From positions 2,270,694 to 2,334,693 of the forward strand of contig OY730443.1 of assembly GCA_963422705.1 (NCBI GenBank): 64,000 nt of DNA. The letters run 5' to 3'. The translations under genes and the position numbers were made by a program. The notes under the pieces were generated by a model. The model had not been told where the DNA came from, ran no database searches, and worked only from the letters and a program-made list of their open reading frames with translations. This document shows, piece after piece, positions 10,162-19,592 of the stretch (position 1 is its first letter; each line of letters begins with the position of its first letter). Source of the stretch: Candidatus Poribacteria bacterium. GTDB lineage: Bacteria > Poribacteria > WGA-4E > WGA-3G.

Positions 10162-10614
10162 AAAAGTAAGATATTATGCCTCTCAAAATCGCGAATAAGA
10201 AACGTAATTACAAGCAACAAGACAATCTATCGTTGTCAATATCACGTGATTTGGTGTACCAAGTATCGTCGTAAGGTTTTGGATGCACAGATACAAGGAC
10301 GCCTGAAACAACTCATACGAGAAAAACAGGACGCGTCTGAATATCAAATCTGCGAGGGTGAAACTCACCCTGAACCTGTCCATTTGCTAATAGAAATACC
10401 GCCAATACATGCTATTGATAAAATCGTTGGCAAAATCAAAGGTTATACCGCGGCAAGCATGTTGCTTGCTACCTTTAAAGTTTTGCGAGAAGAATATCCG
10501 TGCCTGAAAAGTCGTTTGCCGTCTTTATGGACACGTTCAAAGTTTGTCAGTTCCTGTGGTGGCGTAACGCTCCAAGTCATCAAGGACTATATTGAAGCGC
10601 AAAGTGGACAATGA
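10162..10614 (+). CDS. tnpA: IS200/IS605 family transposase TnpA (Y1 HUH)
   Basis: TSNKTIYRCQYHVIWCTKYRRKVL matches the conserved TnpA N-terminus, and the HUH motif VHLLIEIPP is present. There is no in-frame ATG; the called start is GTG 10246, and an upstream ATG at 10176 is in a different frame. Confidence 0.75.
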   Translation, partial: KSKILCLSKSRIRNVITSNKTIYRCQYHVIWCTKYRRKVLDAQIQGRLKQLIREKQDASEYQICEGETHPEPVHLLIEIPPIHAIDKIVGKIKGYTAASMLLATFKVLREEYPCLKSRLPSLWTRSKFVSSCGGVTLQVIKDYIEAQSGQ

Positions 10615-11842
10615 GAAAAACCAGCAAGTTCAAACTTCAAAGTCAATCGAACATCGTCAAAATCGGCAATATGCTTGACGATATGTGGCAGATACACCAG
10701 CAATTCATGCTTTTACAGCGTAGGTTTTAAGGTGATGATAAGTTGCATGAGAAATCTCCGACGAGATTATTAAGGGATTGTCAAAAACAGCAGAAGCTCA
10801 ACCGACTAAGCACGACGAAAAATCGCATGTTCGGCTTTCAACCTGCCCGCATCTCGCATCAACAAACATATTGTGAAACTCAAGAAGCGCACAAAACCAC
10901 ATTGGGCAGACTTGCCGAGTCAAGTTGTGCAAGACGTTGTTCTGCGATATGGCAAATCACAAGACGCATTTTTCAAAAACATAGAAAACCGCAAAGCAGG
11001 TAAGACAAGACGTAAAGTCGGTAAACCGAAAATCAAACCGAGACACAAATACAACTCTATGACTTTCACACAAGCAGGCTACATACTTGAAAAAAATCGC
11101 ATCAAAATCAACTGTATAGATACGTGGTTCTCCTTCCACAAACACCGTGAAATCAACGGGACAATCAAGACGATAACACTCAAACGGGACAGGTGCGGTG
11201 ATTATTGGATATGCTTTTCGTGCGCGAATGTTGACGATTCCGAACCGAAACTCAAGACGAGTAAGAGCGCCGGGTTTGATTACGGAAACAAAACATTCCT
11301 TACAAGCGACGAAGGCAACAAGATAGAATCTCCGCAGTTTTTCAAACACTCCCTGAAAACGTTGCGATGCCTGAGCAAAGCCCTGAGTCGTAAAGTCAAA
11401 GGTTCTAACACCTATTATCGTGCGTGTCGTGCTTTGGCGAGACATCACAGAAAAGTCGCGCGCCAAAGAGAAGATTGGCAGTGGAAACTTGCCACCAAAC
11501 TTTGCACGGCGTTTGATATACTCTGTTTTGAAACACTGAATCTTGAGCGTAGGGCGAAACCGCCGTTTCGACGGTATGAAACGCCTCTGGGGCCGCAAAG
11601 TCTCTGAACACGCTTTCTATCAGTTCATACAGATATTGGAACAGAAGTGTGCAAAGCACGGTAAAAAACTTTTTTCTATCCGTCAGTGGACAGCAACAAC
11701 AAAACCATGCAGTGATTGCGGATACCATAATCAAGAACTCTCTCTTTCTGATAGACAGTGGACTTGTCCCGACTGTGGTTCTCATCACGATAGAGACGTC
11801 AACGCTGCTATCAATATCAAACGGGCAGGCTTGGCTGCCTAA
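10611..11842 (+). pseudogene. tnpB: tnpB (IS605 OrfB, RuvC-like RNA-guided nuclease), disrupted
   Basis: The N-terminus (MRKTSKFKLQSQSNIVKIGNMLDDMWQIH) is homologous to the second TnpB in this window. The frame is broken by the ~82-bp repeat element at 10744-10825 and by a 25-nt insertion (gcgtagggcgaaaccgccgtttcga, ~11546-11571). The C-terminal Zn-finger and RuvC-III (CSDCG..CPDCG..DRDVNAAINI) are in a third frame (11543-11842). Confidence 0.8.
10744..10825 (+). repeat. ~82-bp repeat-family element (single copy) inserted in tnpB
   Basis: Consensus TTGCATGAGAAATCTCCGACGAGATTA...CAAAAACAGCAGAAG...CACGACGAAAAA. Other members are at 13233, 13796-14002, 15632-15875 and 57219. Confidence 0.75.
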
Positions 11843-11946
11843 AGTGGAGCGACAATGAGACGGGGTTTCTCTCAGAGAAAAGCGCCGTCGCTACGAAGCA
11901 CAAGCCCCTACCTTCAGGTAGTGGGTACCTATGACAGGCACAATTT

Positions 11947-13143
11947 ATGGCAACAGTAAAACTGGAAAACATTACAAAACGTTTTGATGACGTCATCGCA
12001 TTAGACAATATCACTTTTGATGTCCACGATAAGGAATTCTTTGTGCTACTTGGCCAGACGGGTGCTGGAAAAACGACAATGCTCCGCTGTATCGCCGGTT
12101 TGGATAAGCCTGAAGAAGGGAGTATCTATTTAAATGATGTGTGCGTCAACGACAAAACGCCTGCAGCCCGGGATGTCGCATTTGTCTTTCAATCGCATAT
12201 TCTGTATCCTCACCTCACCGTTTACGACAATATGGCGTTTCCGCTGCATCCGCGTAAACTTCCGATTGAGGAAATTGACCGGCGCGTCAAAGACATTGCG
12301 GGGATGCTCCACATTGAGCATCTTCTGAGGCGCATGCCGGGGCAGCTGAGTGGCGGTGAAACTCAACGTGTCGGGTTAGGACGGGCGATGGTGCGCCGGC
12401 CACAACTCTTTCTGATGGATGAACCCATCTCTAACCTCGATGCAAAACTAAGGGTGGAAATGCGGGGCGAAATCCGCTGGAGGCAACGTGCACTCAAAAC
12501 AACAACCTTCTACGTCACGCACGAGCAGATTGAAGCGATGTCTATGGCAGACAGAATCGCTGTTCTTGAAGCAGGAAAAATCCAGCAATTGGGCACACCT
12601 TCTGATATTTATAACCATCCTGCCACCCTATTCGTTGCGAATTTTATTGGCAGTCCCAGCATGAACTGCATCCCGTGTGAAATTTCTAGCAGCAACGCCC
12701 AGCTCCAATTCACGCTAATGGCGGCACCCTTTCAACGTACACAAAATTCAAGTTCCAGGGGTTCTGAGAAAAATGCCGGTAAACTCAGCAGAAATCTAGC
12801 CGCCTCTTCAGTAACAATTCAGGATGTACGCATCACTAAAGCGTTTCACGAAGTTGCCGAAAACCGTTCGGCTATTTTGGGGGTGCACCCTGAAGATGTC
12901 ATTGTCAGTCATCAGCTGATACCGAATGCGTTTCAAACGGAAGTCTATAGTGTCGAACCACTTGGTGCCGAGACGATAGTTGAGTTAACACTCGGAACGG
13001 ATGCGACTGGTGCGCACACGACTCTCAAATCCAGGGCAGCTCCTAATTTTCAGACGCAAATTGGGGAATCCCTCTACGTCACGTTTGTTCCTGAACGGCT
13101 ACACTTCTTTGATAAAACCACGGGCGAAGCGATTTGGACCTAG
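11947..13143 (+). CDS. ABC transporter ATP-binding protein, MalK/UgpC/PotA type with C-terminal TOBE-like domain
   Basis: Walker A GQTGAGKTT, ABC signature LSGGETQRV, Walker B LFLMDEP. 398 aa. Confidence 0.85.
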   Translation: MATVKLENITKRFDDVIALDNITFDVHDKEFFVLLGQTGAGKTTMLRCIAGLDKPEEGSIYLNDVCVNDKTPAARDVAFVFQSHILYPHLTVYDNMAFPLHPRKLPIEEIDRRVKDIAGMLHIEHLLRRMPGQLSGGETQRVGLGRAMVRRPQLFLMDEPISNLDAKLRVEMRGEIRWRQRALKTTTFYVTHEQIEAMSMADRIAVLEAGKIQQLGTPSDIYNHPATLFVANFIGSPSMNCIPCEISSSNAQLQFTLMAAPFQRTQNSSSRGSEKNAGKLSRNLAASSVTIQDVRITKAFHEVAENRSAILGVHPEDVIVSHQLIPNAFQTEVYSVEPLGAETIVELTLGTDATGAHTTLKSRAAPNFQTQIGESLYVTFVPERLHFFDKTTGEAIWT

Positions 13144-13232
13144 TCCAATTGTTGTGTCTGCAGTAATTCGCCCGGAATGCTCTTTTTAAATACCGAGAAA
13201 AATGAACTTGTATGAGAAATATCCGAAATAAG

Positions 13233-13313
13233 TTGCAGGAGAAATCTCCGACGATATTACCCATGGCTTGTCAAAAACAGCAGAAGATGAACGCACTGCA
13301 CCCGACGAAAATA
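13233..13313 (+). repeat. ~80-bp repeat-family element (single copy)
   Basis: GTTGCAGGAGAAATCTCCGACGATATTACCCATGGCTTGTCAAAAACAGCAGAAGATGAACGCACTGCACCCGACGAAAA; same family as the copy at 10744. Confidence 0.7.
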
Positions 13314-13670
13314 TGAGTTGGCAATTGAAACTCTTTAACGCAACACCCAAATTTGTCAAGCGCATCGGCTGCAATCTGCTAAGGTATCTTGGCTATAAAC
13401 CGGATGTATGGTTAGAAAACTTTCTCAAAAAGCATAAAGATTGACAACCGTAAGGGTAACGCGCTATATCTGCCCTATATCTCATACGATAAAGGAGTTG
13501 ATACGTGAAAGGCGGAGATATTCTTATTGAATGTTTGAAGGGACAGGGCATCACGGCGGTTTTCGGGATGCCTGACACCCAAAACATCCACATCTACGAT
13601 GCGCTCCTACGACGTGCTACAGGAAAGAGTGCTAATGAACTAGGAAATTCATCAGCACTCTTTTTTGGTA

Positions 13671-13743
13671 CTCCCCCAGACGGACTCGAACCGCCGACAC
13701 GATGGTTAACAGCCATCTGCTCTACCGACTGAGCTATGGGGGA
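13671..13743 (-). tRNA. tRNA-Asn (anticodon GTT)
   Basis: Reverse complement reads TCCCCCATAGCTCAGTCGGTAGAGCAGATGGCTGTTAACCATCGTGTCGGCGGTTCGAGTCCGTCTGGGGGAG. It has a 7-bp acceptor stem, a D-arm, a T-arm GGTTCGAGTCC, and an anticodon loop CTGTTAA. No CCA is encoded. Confidence 0.85.
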
Positions 13744-13795
13744 TTGTGCAAAGTAATTATACACGATTGTAACCCGAATTGCAAATTAAAATTTC

Positions 13796-14002
13796 ACTTT
13801 TTCGTCGGGTGCGGTGCGTTCATCTTCTGCTGTTTTTTCACAATCCGTGGATAATATCGTTTTTTCGTCGGGTGCAATACGCTGCGCTTCTGCTGTTTTT
13901 GACAATCCGTGGATAATATCGTTTTTTCGTCGGGTTCAGTATGCTGCGCTTCTGCTGTTTTTCACAAGCCGTGGGTAATATCGTCGGAGATTTCTCATGC
14001 AA
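13796..14002 (-). repeat. Tandem array of three ~61-80-bp repeat-family units (inverse orientation)
   Basis: Three contiguous units (tttttcgtcgggtgc...ctgctgttttt(c/g)acaa(t/g)ccgtgg(a/g)taatatcg). The array terminates in tcggagatttctcatgcaa. Not CRISPR-like: there are no spacers. Confidence 0.75.
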
Positions 14003-14043
14003 CTTAATTATAAGGGGCACGAATTTTCGCATAGGCACGGTTT

Positions 14044-16641
14044 TTATTTTTCCCAAGAAAAAACCTGCATTTGAGCAGTCTCAATCCACTTTACCACAAT
14101 ACTTCGCGCGGGAATGGTGACATCTTCATGGTTAAACAAATCTCTCCGGAAATTCGCAAAGATTTCAACAGTATCTGCAAACGCTGTTCGCTGGATTTGC
14201 TTATCCTCAGTGAGCCATTCAAAATCCGTCATCGCCTGTCCCCCAATCTGTCGATGCAACGGTGAAAAGAACTCATAGTGTCGCTTTATCCAGGCTTTAT
14301 GCTTTGAAAATTCTGCCATATTCAGATGGTACAACGGTGGAACATTGTATAGCAATTCCAGCAGAGACAAGGTTTCCGTGACGTTTTTGAATTTTAGCGT
14401 ACCGGAATGCCAATGATTTGTCGTCACCACGGAATCGTGAAACACAATTTGGTAAAGTGGTAACCGGAAGCGCGGTTCGAAATAGAGATACAAGTAGCGT
14501 GGTTTGAGAGGCACCTGCTTTATATGAATCGCCGGGGCCTCGGGGGGCCAGTATCCACCTATGTAGTATGGCGATGTTTTTGTCGTCATGTCTGCATCAC
14601 CCCACCCGATGACAGGTGTCATTATCCCGTGTGCAAAATGAAGCGTCGCCGCGGCATAGGCAGCACCCCCTTCTGAACCGACAACGGTGTGGTGTCTATC
14701 CCGAATCCACGCGATACGTGCGAGTCGCGCCTTCATATCATCTAACTGTGTTGCAGGGTGCAATGGTGAATAATCGTCAAAAAGCTCGCCGTAGGCATCG
14801 CAATCAATGAACCACGAATTGAAGCCTACCGGCATCTGTGCGACGATATTGTTAACCCGGTTTTCAACATGCGGGCGCGCAGCGAGCGGACTTAAGTGAT
14901 ACCCCTTCTTTTTAAACCCTCTATTCTTTGTGCCGTCTGCGTTGATAATGGCACCACCCTCATAAAGCAAATGGTCAAACTGTGCGGTTTCCCAGCTATC
15001 TTTTTCGTCCGGATGATGGATGCTATGGTATGAGTCATAAGGCCCAATCAAATAGCCGAGCGCTTTTGCCTTCGCGACGGCAGTAGGGTGCCGAAACCCG
15101 TCCTGCCACGAATCAACACCCAGCCAGAGTCTGTCAAGTCCATTTTCTGCGAACCGTTCCAACAGTTTTACAGAGAGCCCGTCTCCCCATACATCGGGAT
15201 GCAGTAGCATATCTGAAAACACAGCGTAAAACAGAAGACTGTTCCGCCGGTAAATCTCTGAAAGTGATAGCGTGGACTGATTTCGCGAGAGCAACCGCTC
15301 CGTTTCAGGGTTCAGAAGAATCCCTGTCCAAGCAGGTGGATTGTAAAAATTCGGCGCCTCAAGTTGTTCACTTATCGCACGGCTGACAACCCGCTGGTTG
15401 TATTTTGATACGTGTGATGACTGAGCAATCTCTTGGACGGTTTCCTTTGCTTCCGCGTTGAGTTGTGAAAAAATATATGTCTCGGCAGTCTCCTGTATCC
15501 TTTCATCGGGAACGTGACTGAGTTTTGAGGCGAACGCCTTCCAGTCCGTTATATCGTGTCGCCCGAGCAGATTGCTACCCCAGAGATAGATATGCGCAGC
15601 GCCCAGTAATTTCTCTACCTCAGCCACCTGTTTTTCGTCGTGTGTAGAACGCTTTTTCGTCGTGTGTAGCGCGTTCAGCTTCTGCTGATTTTGTGACTCA
15701 TGGGATAATCTCGTCGGAGATTTCTGATGCAACTTATTTTTGTCGTGTGTAGCGCGTTCAATTTCTGCTGATTTTTGTGACTCATGGGATAATCTCGTTT
15801 TTTCGTCGTGTGTAGCGCGTTCAGCTTCTGCTGATTTTTGTGACTCCTGGGATAATCTCGTCGGAGATTTCTTATCCAGGTTCATTTTAACCTTTTCAAC
15901 AAATGAGACAAATTCACCGTTCTGCTTCAACCACCGCCTGTAAGTCTTCGCGGGTGTAACAGGGGAGCCCCCGCCGAGTGAGATACGCACGCCGTATCTT
16001 TTCCGTACCCAATTCGGCGTGAAGGCATGTGATACCCGCATTCCTAATCCAAATTCTGCCACTGTGTCGAATGTCAATCGGTTATTGAACGGATTTGTTA
16101 AAATATAGGTAAGGTTCCATTCTCCAAAATCTAAACCCCAAAATGGCATTGAGAGCCCCGAGGTTGTGTTTATCGCCCCCTGTTCGCGCAAGAAATCCTG
16201 CCAAAGCTTATCATCTACTGGGACGTAGCTGCCCTCGAAAAATGGGAAGATGTATCCCTGAAGCGATGAAGTACCTTGAATCAGGGGCCATGTCAAATTG
16301 CCGGATGCTTCTGAAACGAATTCAACGGAGAGCACATCTCCAATTAATTCAGCCCGCACGCTGAAGAAAGATTTAGGCAGTTTCCAATTGACTAGGTTAT
16401 CTCCTTGGACAAGTGCCATAACGTTTCCAAGCCCCGGCTGCCCTTGTGAAATTCGGAACGCAGTTCTCCCTTTTTGCTGTGCAAGCACTTCAAGCGATTG
16501 GGTAGCAATTTCAACGCGCCATATATCGTTCGTCAGCGTCACGATTTCAGGTGGATTGCTCAAAGCGATTTTATTCAATAGAACCACCGCGAGGCAGAAG
16601 ACATAAAGTGGGATTCTCTTCATGCAGCCAACTGCTCCCAC
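14044..16641 (-). CDS. Secreted glycoside-hydrolase-like protein (signal peptide) with an in-frame repeat-derived insert
   Basis: 865 aa. N-terminal signal peptide MKRIPLYVFCLAVVLL. The C-terminal half resembles carbohydrate-active TIM-barrel enzymes (DCDAYGELFDDY, GSEGG). The central segment KSPTRLSQESQKSAEAERATHDEK... is encoded by the 15632-15875 repeat array. Confidence 0.45.
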   Translation of the reverse strand: MGAVGCMKRIPLYVFCLAVVLLNKIALSNPPEIVTLTNDIWRVEIATQSLEVLAQQKGRTAFRISQGQPGLGNVMALVQGDNLVNWKLPKSFFSVRAELIGDVLSVEFVSEASGNLTWPLIQGTSSLQGYIFPFFEGSYVPVDDKLWQDFLREQGAINTTSGLSMPFWGLDFGEWNLTYILTNPFNNRLTFDTVAEFGLGMRVSHAFTPNWVRKRYGVRISLGGGSPVTPAKTYRRWLKQNGEFVSFVEKVKMNLDKKSPTRLSQESQKSAEAERATHDEKTRLSHESQKSAEIERATHDKNKLHQKSPTRLSHESQNQQKLNALHTTKKRSTHDEKQVAEVEKLLGAAHIYLWGSNLLGRHDITDWKAFASKLSHVPDERIQETAETYIFSQLNAEAKETVQEIAQSSHVSKYNQRVVSRAISEQLEAPNFYNPPAWTGILLNPETERLLSRNQSTLSLSEIYRRNSLLFYAVFSDMLLHPDVWGDGLSVKLLERFAENGLDRLWLGVDSWQDGFRHPTAVAKAKALGYLIGPYDSYHSIHHPDEKDSWETAQFDHLLYEGGAIINADGTKNRGFKKKGYHLSPLAARPHVENRVNNIVAQMPVGFNSWFIDCDAYGELFDDYSPLHPATQLDDMKARLARIAWIRDRHHTVVGSEGGAAYAAATLHFAHGIMTPVIGWGDADMTTKTSPYYIGGYWPPEAPAIHIKQVPLKPRYLYLYFEPRFRLPLYQIVFHDSVVTTNHWHSGTLKFKNVTETLSLLELLYNVPPLYHLNMAEFSKHKAWIKRHYEFFSPLHRQIGGQAMTDFEWLTEDKQIQRTAFADTVEIFANFRRDLFNHEDVTIPARSIVVKWIETAQMQVFSWEK
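15632..15875 (-). repeat. Tandem array (about 3.3 units) of the ~63-80-bp repeat family, embedded in-frame in a CDS
   Basis: Units: cgtcgtgtgtagcgcgttcagcttctgctgattttgtgactcatgggataatctcg(tcggagatttctgatgcaac). Same family as the copies at 10744, 13233, 13796 and 57219. Confidence 0.75.
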
Positions 16642-17378
16642 AATGCCCGATAATAGTTCATCACCCGCACCGGTTCGGAACTGCCGGCGATTTCAGCGAG
16701 ACAGTAACCTGAGTATCCGGATTCCCTCAGTAAGGTGAACAACTGCCGCCAGGGGTATTCCGGACGGTGTAATTCAGTGATATGTACCAATCCGATTCGT
16801 CCCTTTACAAAACTGAAATTGTTGAGAATTGAGCCGTTTTCGACTTCTCCAAAGTTAGAATTCCAGCAGACAGAGACGTTCTCATGTTCCGCTATATCAA
16901 TAATCGTGCGAATATGTGGCAATTCCGATGTTCCGCCCCCGTGTACCTCTAAGCGAATTTCCACGCCAAGGTTTGCTGCGAACTCACCGCATTCCCGCAA
17001 AGCCCGTCCAATTTGTTCCAGCGTTTTTTCCACAGGCACCTCTGCGAGTAGTCCATTTGGTCGGACTTTCACGCCGGGGGCGCCGACATCCGCTGCTAAT
17101 TGGGAATAAGCCTTCGTTCCTTCTATATTCTGACGGACAACTCCCGGTTCCACCGCATGATAGTCAAACGCGGAACCTAAGCCCGCGATTTCAATTGGCG
17201 AGTCGGCGAACTGTTGTTTTACAGTCGCCCGTTCACTTTCCGAAAGCGACACTTCCACCCCATGCGCATGGGTTGTCCGTAGCTCAACACCCTCAAAACC
17301 CGTTTCCACACACCGTTCAATGATTGTGGAAACCTCCCAATCTTTCGCCATATTATAGGTAACCAAACCGAGCTTCAT
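16620..17378 (-). CDS. Sugar phosphate isomerase/epimerase, xylose isomerase-like TIM barrel family
   Basis: 252 aa. Divalent-metal-binding TIM-barrel pattern (EVSTIIERCVETGFEGVEL ... VHITELH) typical of the AP-endonuclease-2/xylose-isomerase-like family. Confidence 0.7.
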   Translation of the reverse strand: MKLGLVTYNMAKDWEVSTIIERCVETGFEGVELRTTHAHGVEVSLSESERATVKQQFADSPIEIAGLGSAFDYHAVEPGVVRQNIEGTKAYSQLAADVGAPGVKVRPNGLLAEVPVEKTLEQIGRALRECGEFAANLGVEIRLEVHGGGTSELPHIRTIIDIAEHENVSVCWNSNFGEVENGSILNNFSFVKGRIGLVHITELHRPEYPWRQLFTLLRESGYSGYCLAEIAGSSEPVRVMNYYRALWEQLAA

Positions 17379-17646
17379 AAAATATCTCCTGATTCAAAAA
17401 ATTGTAAGACTGAAAAAGAAAAGGAGGCATTTCCCCTTTTGCGAGTGGTGGGTTTCTGACGTGGTAATTCTATTTCCTCTATATTAAATTATCCTCACTT
17501 AACCCATTTTTGCGTTGCCTTGTCCCCGCTTTTCTGCTATACTTAATCCTACCATACCCAGAATACACTTTCAACTCACCATGATTTATTGGGACATCCA
17601 AGACTGCTTGACAGGGTACAAGCATGACAAAAAGGAGAACACGGCG

Positions 17647-18477
17647 ATGGCATACGTACTTGAGGACGAATTCGGCGACATTATCGGAAAAGCGAGACGC
17701 GGCCAGAACCTGAATCTCGCGCAAACGGCCGCTGCAGCTGGAATTACCGAATCTCAACTTTCCCGGATGGAGCAGTATACCTTAAAACCGACGGAATCAC
17801 AAGTTTCTGAACTCGCAAAAGCCCTTAATTTAAACGCGGCAAAACTGATAGATATTGCCACCGAAACCTGGCAACCCGCTCTCACGGAATCTCCTTATCA
17901 AGGTGACAACTGTGAGGTGATAACGGTGAGCGCCCCCGTCGGCGGGTGGCCCGTCAATGCCTATATTTTAATTTGCAATGCCACATCGGCATCGGCGATT
18001 ATTGACACTGCAGCGCATCCGAATCTTATTCTTGAGCAGTTAGCCGCCCGCAGTCTCAATCCAACCGCCATTCTTTTGACGCACGCTCATCGGGACCACG
18101 CCGATGGATTACCACAACTCCAAGAAATGACTGGGGCGCCGAGCTATATCCACAAAAATGAACCTAACCCCCGAAGCAGCCAGAAAATCAGAGAAGTTGA
18201 ACATGGGGATGTGCTGACAGTCGGGGAGCTGATTGTCACCGTAGTCAACACACCTGGACATACCCCTGGCGGGTGCAGTTTTCTGACAAAAAACGTTGGA
18301 TTCGTGGGGGATGCTATTTTTGCGGGTTCTGTTGGCGGGCCGAATACCTCTTATGAAGCCGAAATAAACAGCGTCCGGAATCACCTACTCTCTCTGCCGG
18401 ATGATGTGAGGTTATTTCCCGGGCACGGCCCGGCTAGCACCGTTGGTGAAGAGAAAGCACATAACCCATTTTTCTAA
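17647..18477 (+). CDS. HTH (XRE-type) domain fused to an MBL-fold metallo-hydrolase
   Basis: The N-terminal HTH (RRGQNLNLAQTAAAAGITESQLSRMEQ) is followed by the MBL signature HAHRDHADG and downstream His/Asp ligands. The start is set at the internal ATG (MAYVLEDEF) of ORF 17515-18477. Confidence 0.65.
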   Translation: MAYVLEDEFGDIIGKARRGQNLNLAQTAAAAGITESQLSRMEQYTLKPTESQVSELAKALNLNAAKLIDIATETWQPALTESPYQGDNCEVITVSAPVGGWPVNAYILICNATSASAIIDTAAHPNLILEQLAARSLNPTAILLTHAHRDHADGLPQLQEMTGAPSYIHKNEPNPRSSQKIREVEHGDVLTVGELIVTVVNTPGHTPGGCSFLTKNVGFVGDAIFAGSVGGPNTSYEAEINSVRNHLLSLPDDVRLFPGHGPASTVGEEKAHNPFF

Positions 18478-18488
18478 TTTCAGGGTGT

Positions 18489-19592
18489 GTGCCTGCCTCA
18501 CGCGCTATTTTTCGAGGCATGTCAAGTTCTCGCGGCAATCAAACCGTCGCACTAAAGAGGGTTGAGTCATTGCTCGCTTATATAATCCAACGGTTTCTCT
18601 CCATGGGGGTATCGCTTTTAGGCGTATCGCTGCTAGTTTTTTTTATGGTGCATCTCATTCCGGGAGATGCTGCACTCGCCATTTTGGGGGAACGCGCCAC
18701 CGAAGCGGCACTCACCGAACTCCGAAAAGAGATAGGGCTTGATAAACCGCTTTATCAACAATACGCAAAATTTTTATCAGATATTGCACGTCTTGATTTA
18801 GGACGTTCATTTAAAACGAAGCAACCTGTCGTTCAGGAAATCAGACGTTACTTCCCCGCCACGGTGGAATTAACCTTTACCGCGATGGCATTTTCAATTC
18901 TGTTCGGTGTCAGTGCAGGAATCATCGCCGCTGTGCACCGTGGAAAGTTTTGGGACTACTTCTCCATGTCCACGTCCCTTGCAGGCATCTCCATGCCGAT
19001 TTTCTGGTTGGGTTTGATGTTGATTCTGCTCTTTTCTTACCTGTGGCCAGTTCTTCCAAGTACACAACGATTAGATTCAATCTTAGATTTAGAGATTCAA
19101 AAACGTTCCGGCTTTTACCTGATTGATACGCTTCTTGCTGGCAACTTTGCTGCGTTTCGAAACGCGGTTGCGCATCTCATTCTACCGGCAATTACCTTAG
19201 GCACAATCCCCTTGGCGATGATTGCGCGTATGACGCGTTCCAGTCTCCTCGAAGTGCTCAATCAACCCTATATCACCACGGCGTACGCGAAAGGGTTACC
19301 CCGTTGGCGGGTGCTCTGCAAACACGCGATGAAAAATAGTATGGTGCCTATCCTTACCATCATCGGCCTCGAATTCGGTTATTTAATGGGCGGCGCGATT
19401 TTGACGGAATACATCTTCTCTTGGCCCGGGCTCGGTTCGTGGCTCCGCGATGCCGTCGAATCCCGCGACATTCGCCCTATCCAAGGTGGCGTCCTCTTCG
19501 TCGCTACCATATTTATGTTAGTGAACCTTGTGGTGGACATGCTTTACGCTTACTTTGAACCGCGCATTCGGATTGGAGACGATGCCACATGA
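18489..19592 (+). CDS. ABC transporter permease, DppB/OppB family
   Basis: Six TM helices and an EAA loop region; LAYIIQRFL is a DppB-type N-terminus. The true start is probably downstream of 18489. Confidence 0.8.
   Translation: MPASRAIFRGMSSSRGNQTVALKRVESLLAYIIQRFLSMGVSLLGVSLLVFFMVHLIPGDAALAILGERATEAALTELRKEIGLDKPLYQQYAKFLSDIARLDLGRSFKTKQPVVQEIRRYFPATVELTFTAMAFSILFGVSAGIIAAVHRGKFWDYFSMSTSLAGISMPIFWLGLMLILLFSYLWPVLPSTQRLDSILDLEIQKRSGFYLIDTLLAGNFAAFRNAVAHLILPAITLGTIPLAMIARMTRSSLLEVLNQPYITTAYAKGLPRWRVLCKHAMKNSMVPILTIIGLEFGYLMGGAILTEYIFSWPGLGSWLRDAVESRDIRPIQGGVLFVATIFMLVNLVVDMLYAYFEPRIRIGDDAT

Larger units (their letters stand above)
10100..11945 (+). mobile_element. Degenerate IS200/IS605-family insertion sequence (tnpA plus disrupted tnpB)
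   Basis: Y1 HUH transposase followed by a TnpB whose ATG overlaps the tnpA stop (ATGA). A hairpin-rich 3' end (11850-11945) is consistent with a right-end/omega-RNA region. Confidence 0.65.

Noticed and set aside
13505-13732. 75-aa ORF on the plus strand
   Set aside because: It overlaps the tRNA-Asn gene on the opposite strand. Spurious.
13796-14002. Possible CRISPR array (regularly spaced ~61-80-bp repeats), also at 15632-15875
   Set aside because: The units are contiguous with no unique spacers and vary in length. The same sequence occurs as dispersed single copies and inside a CDS, and there are no cas genes. It fits a repetitive-element family, not CRISPR.
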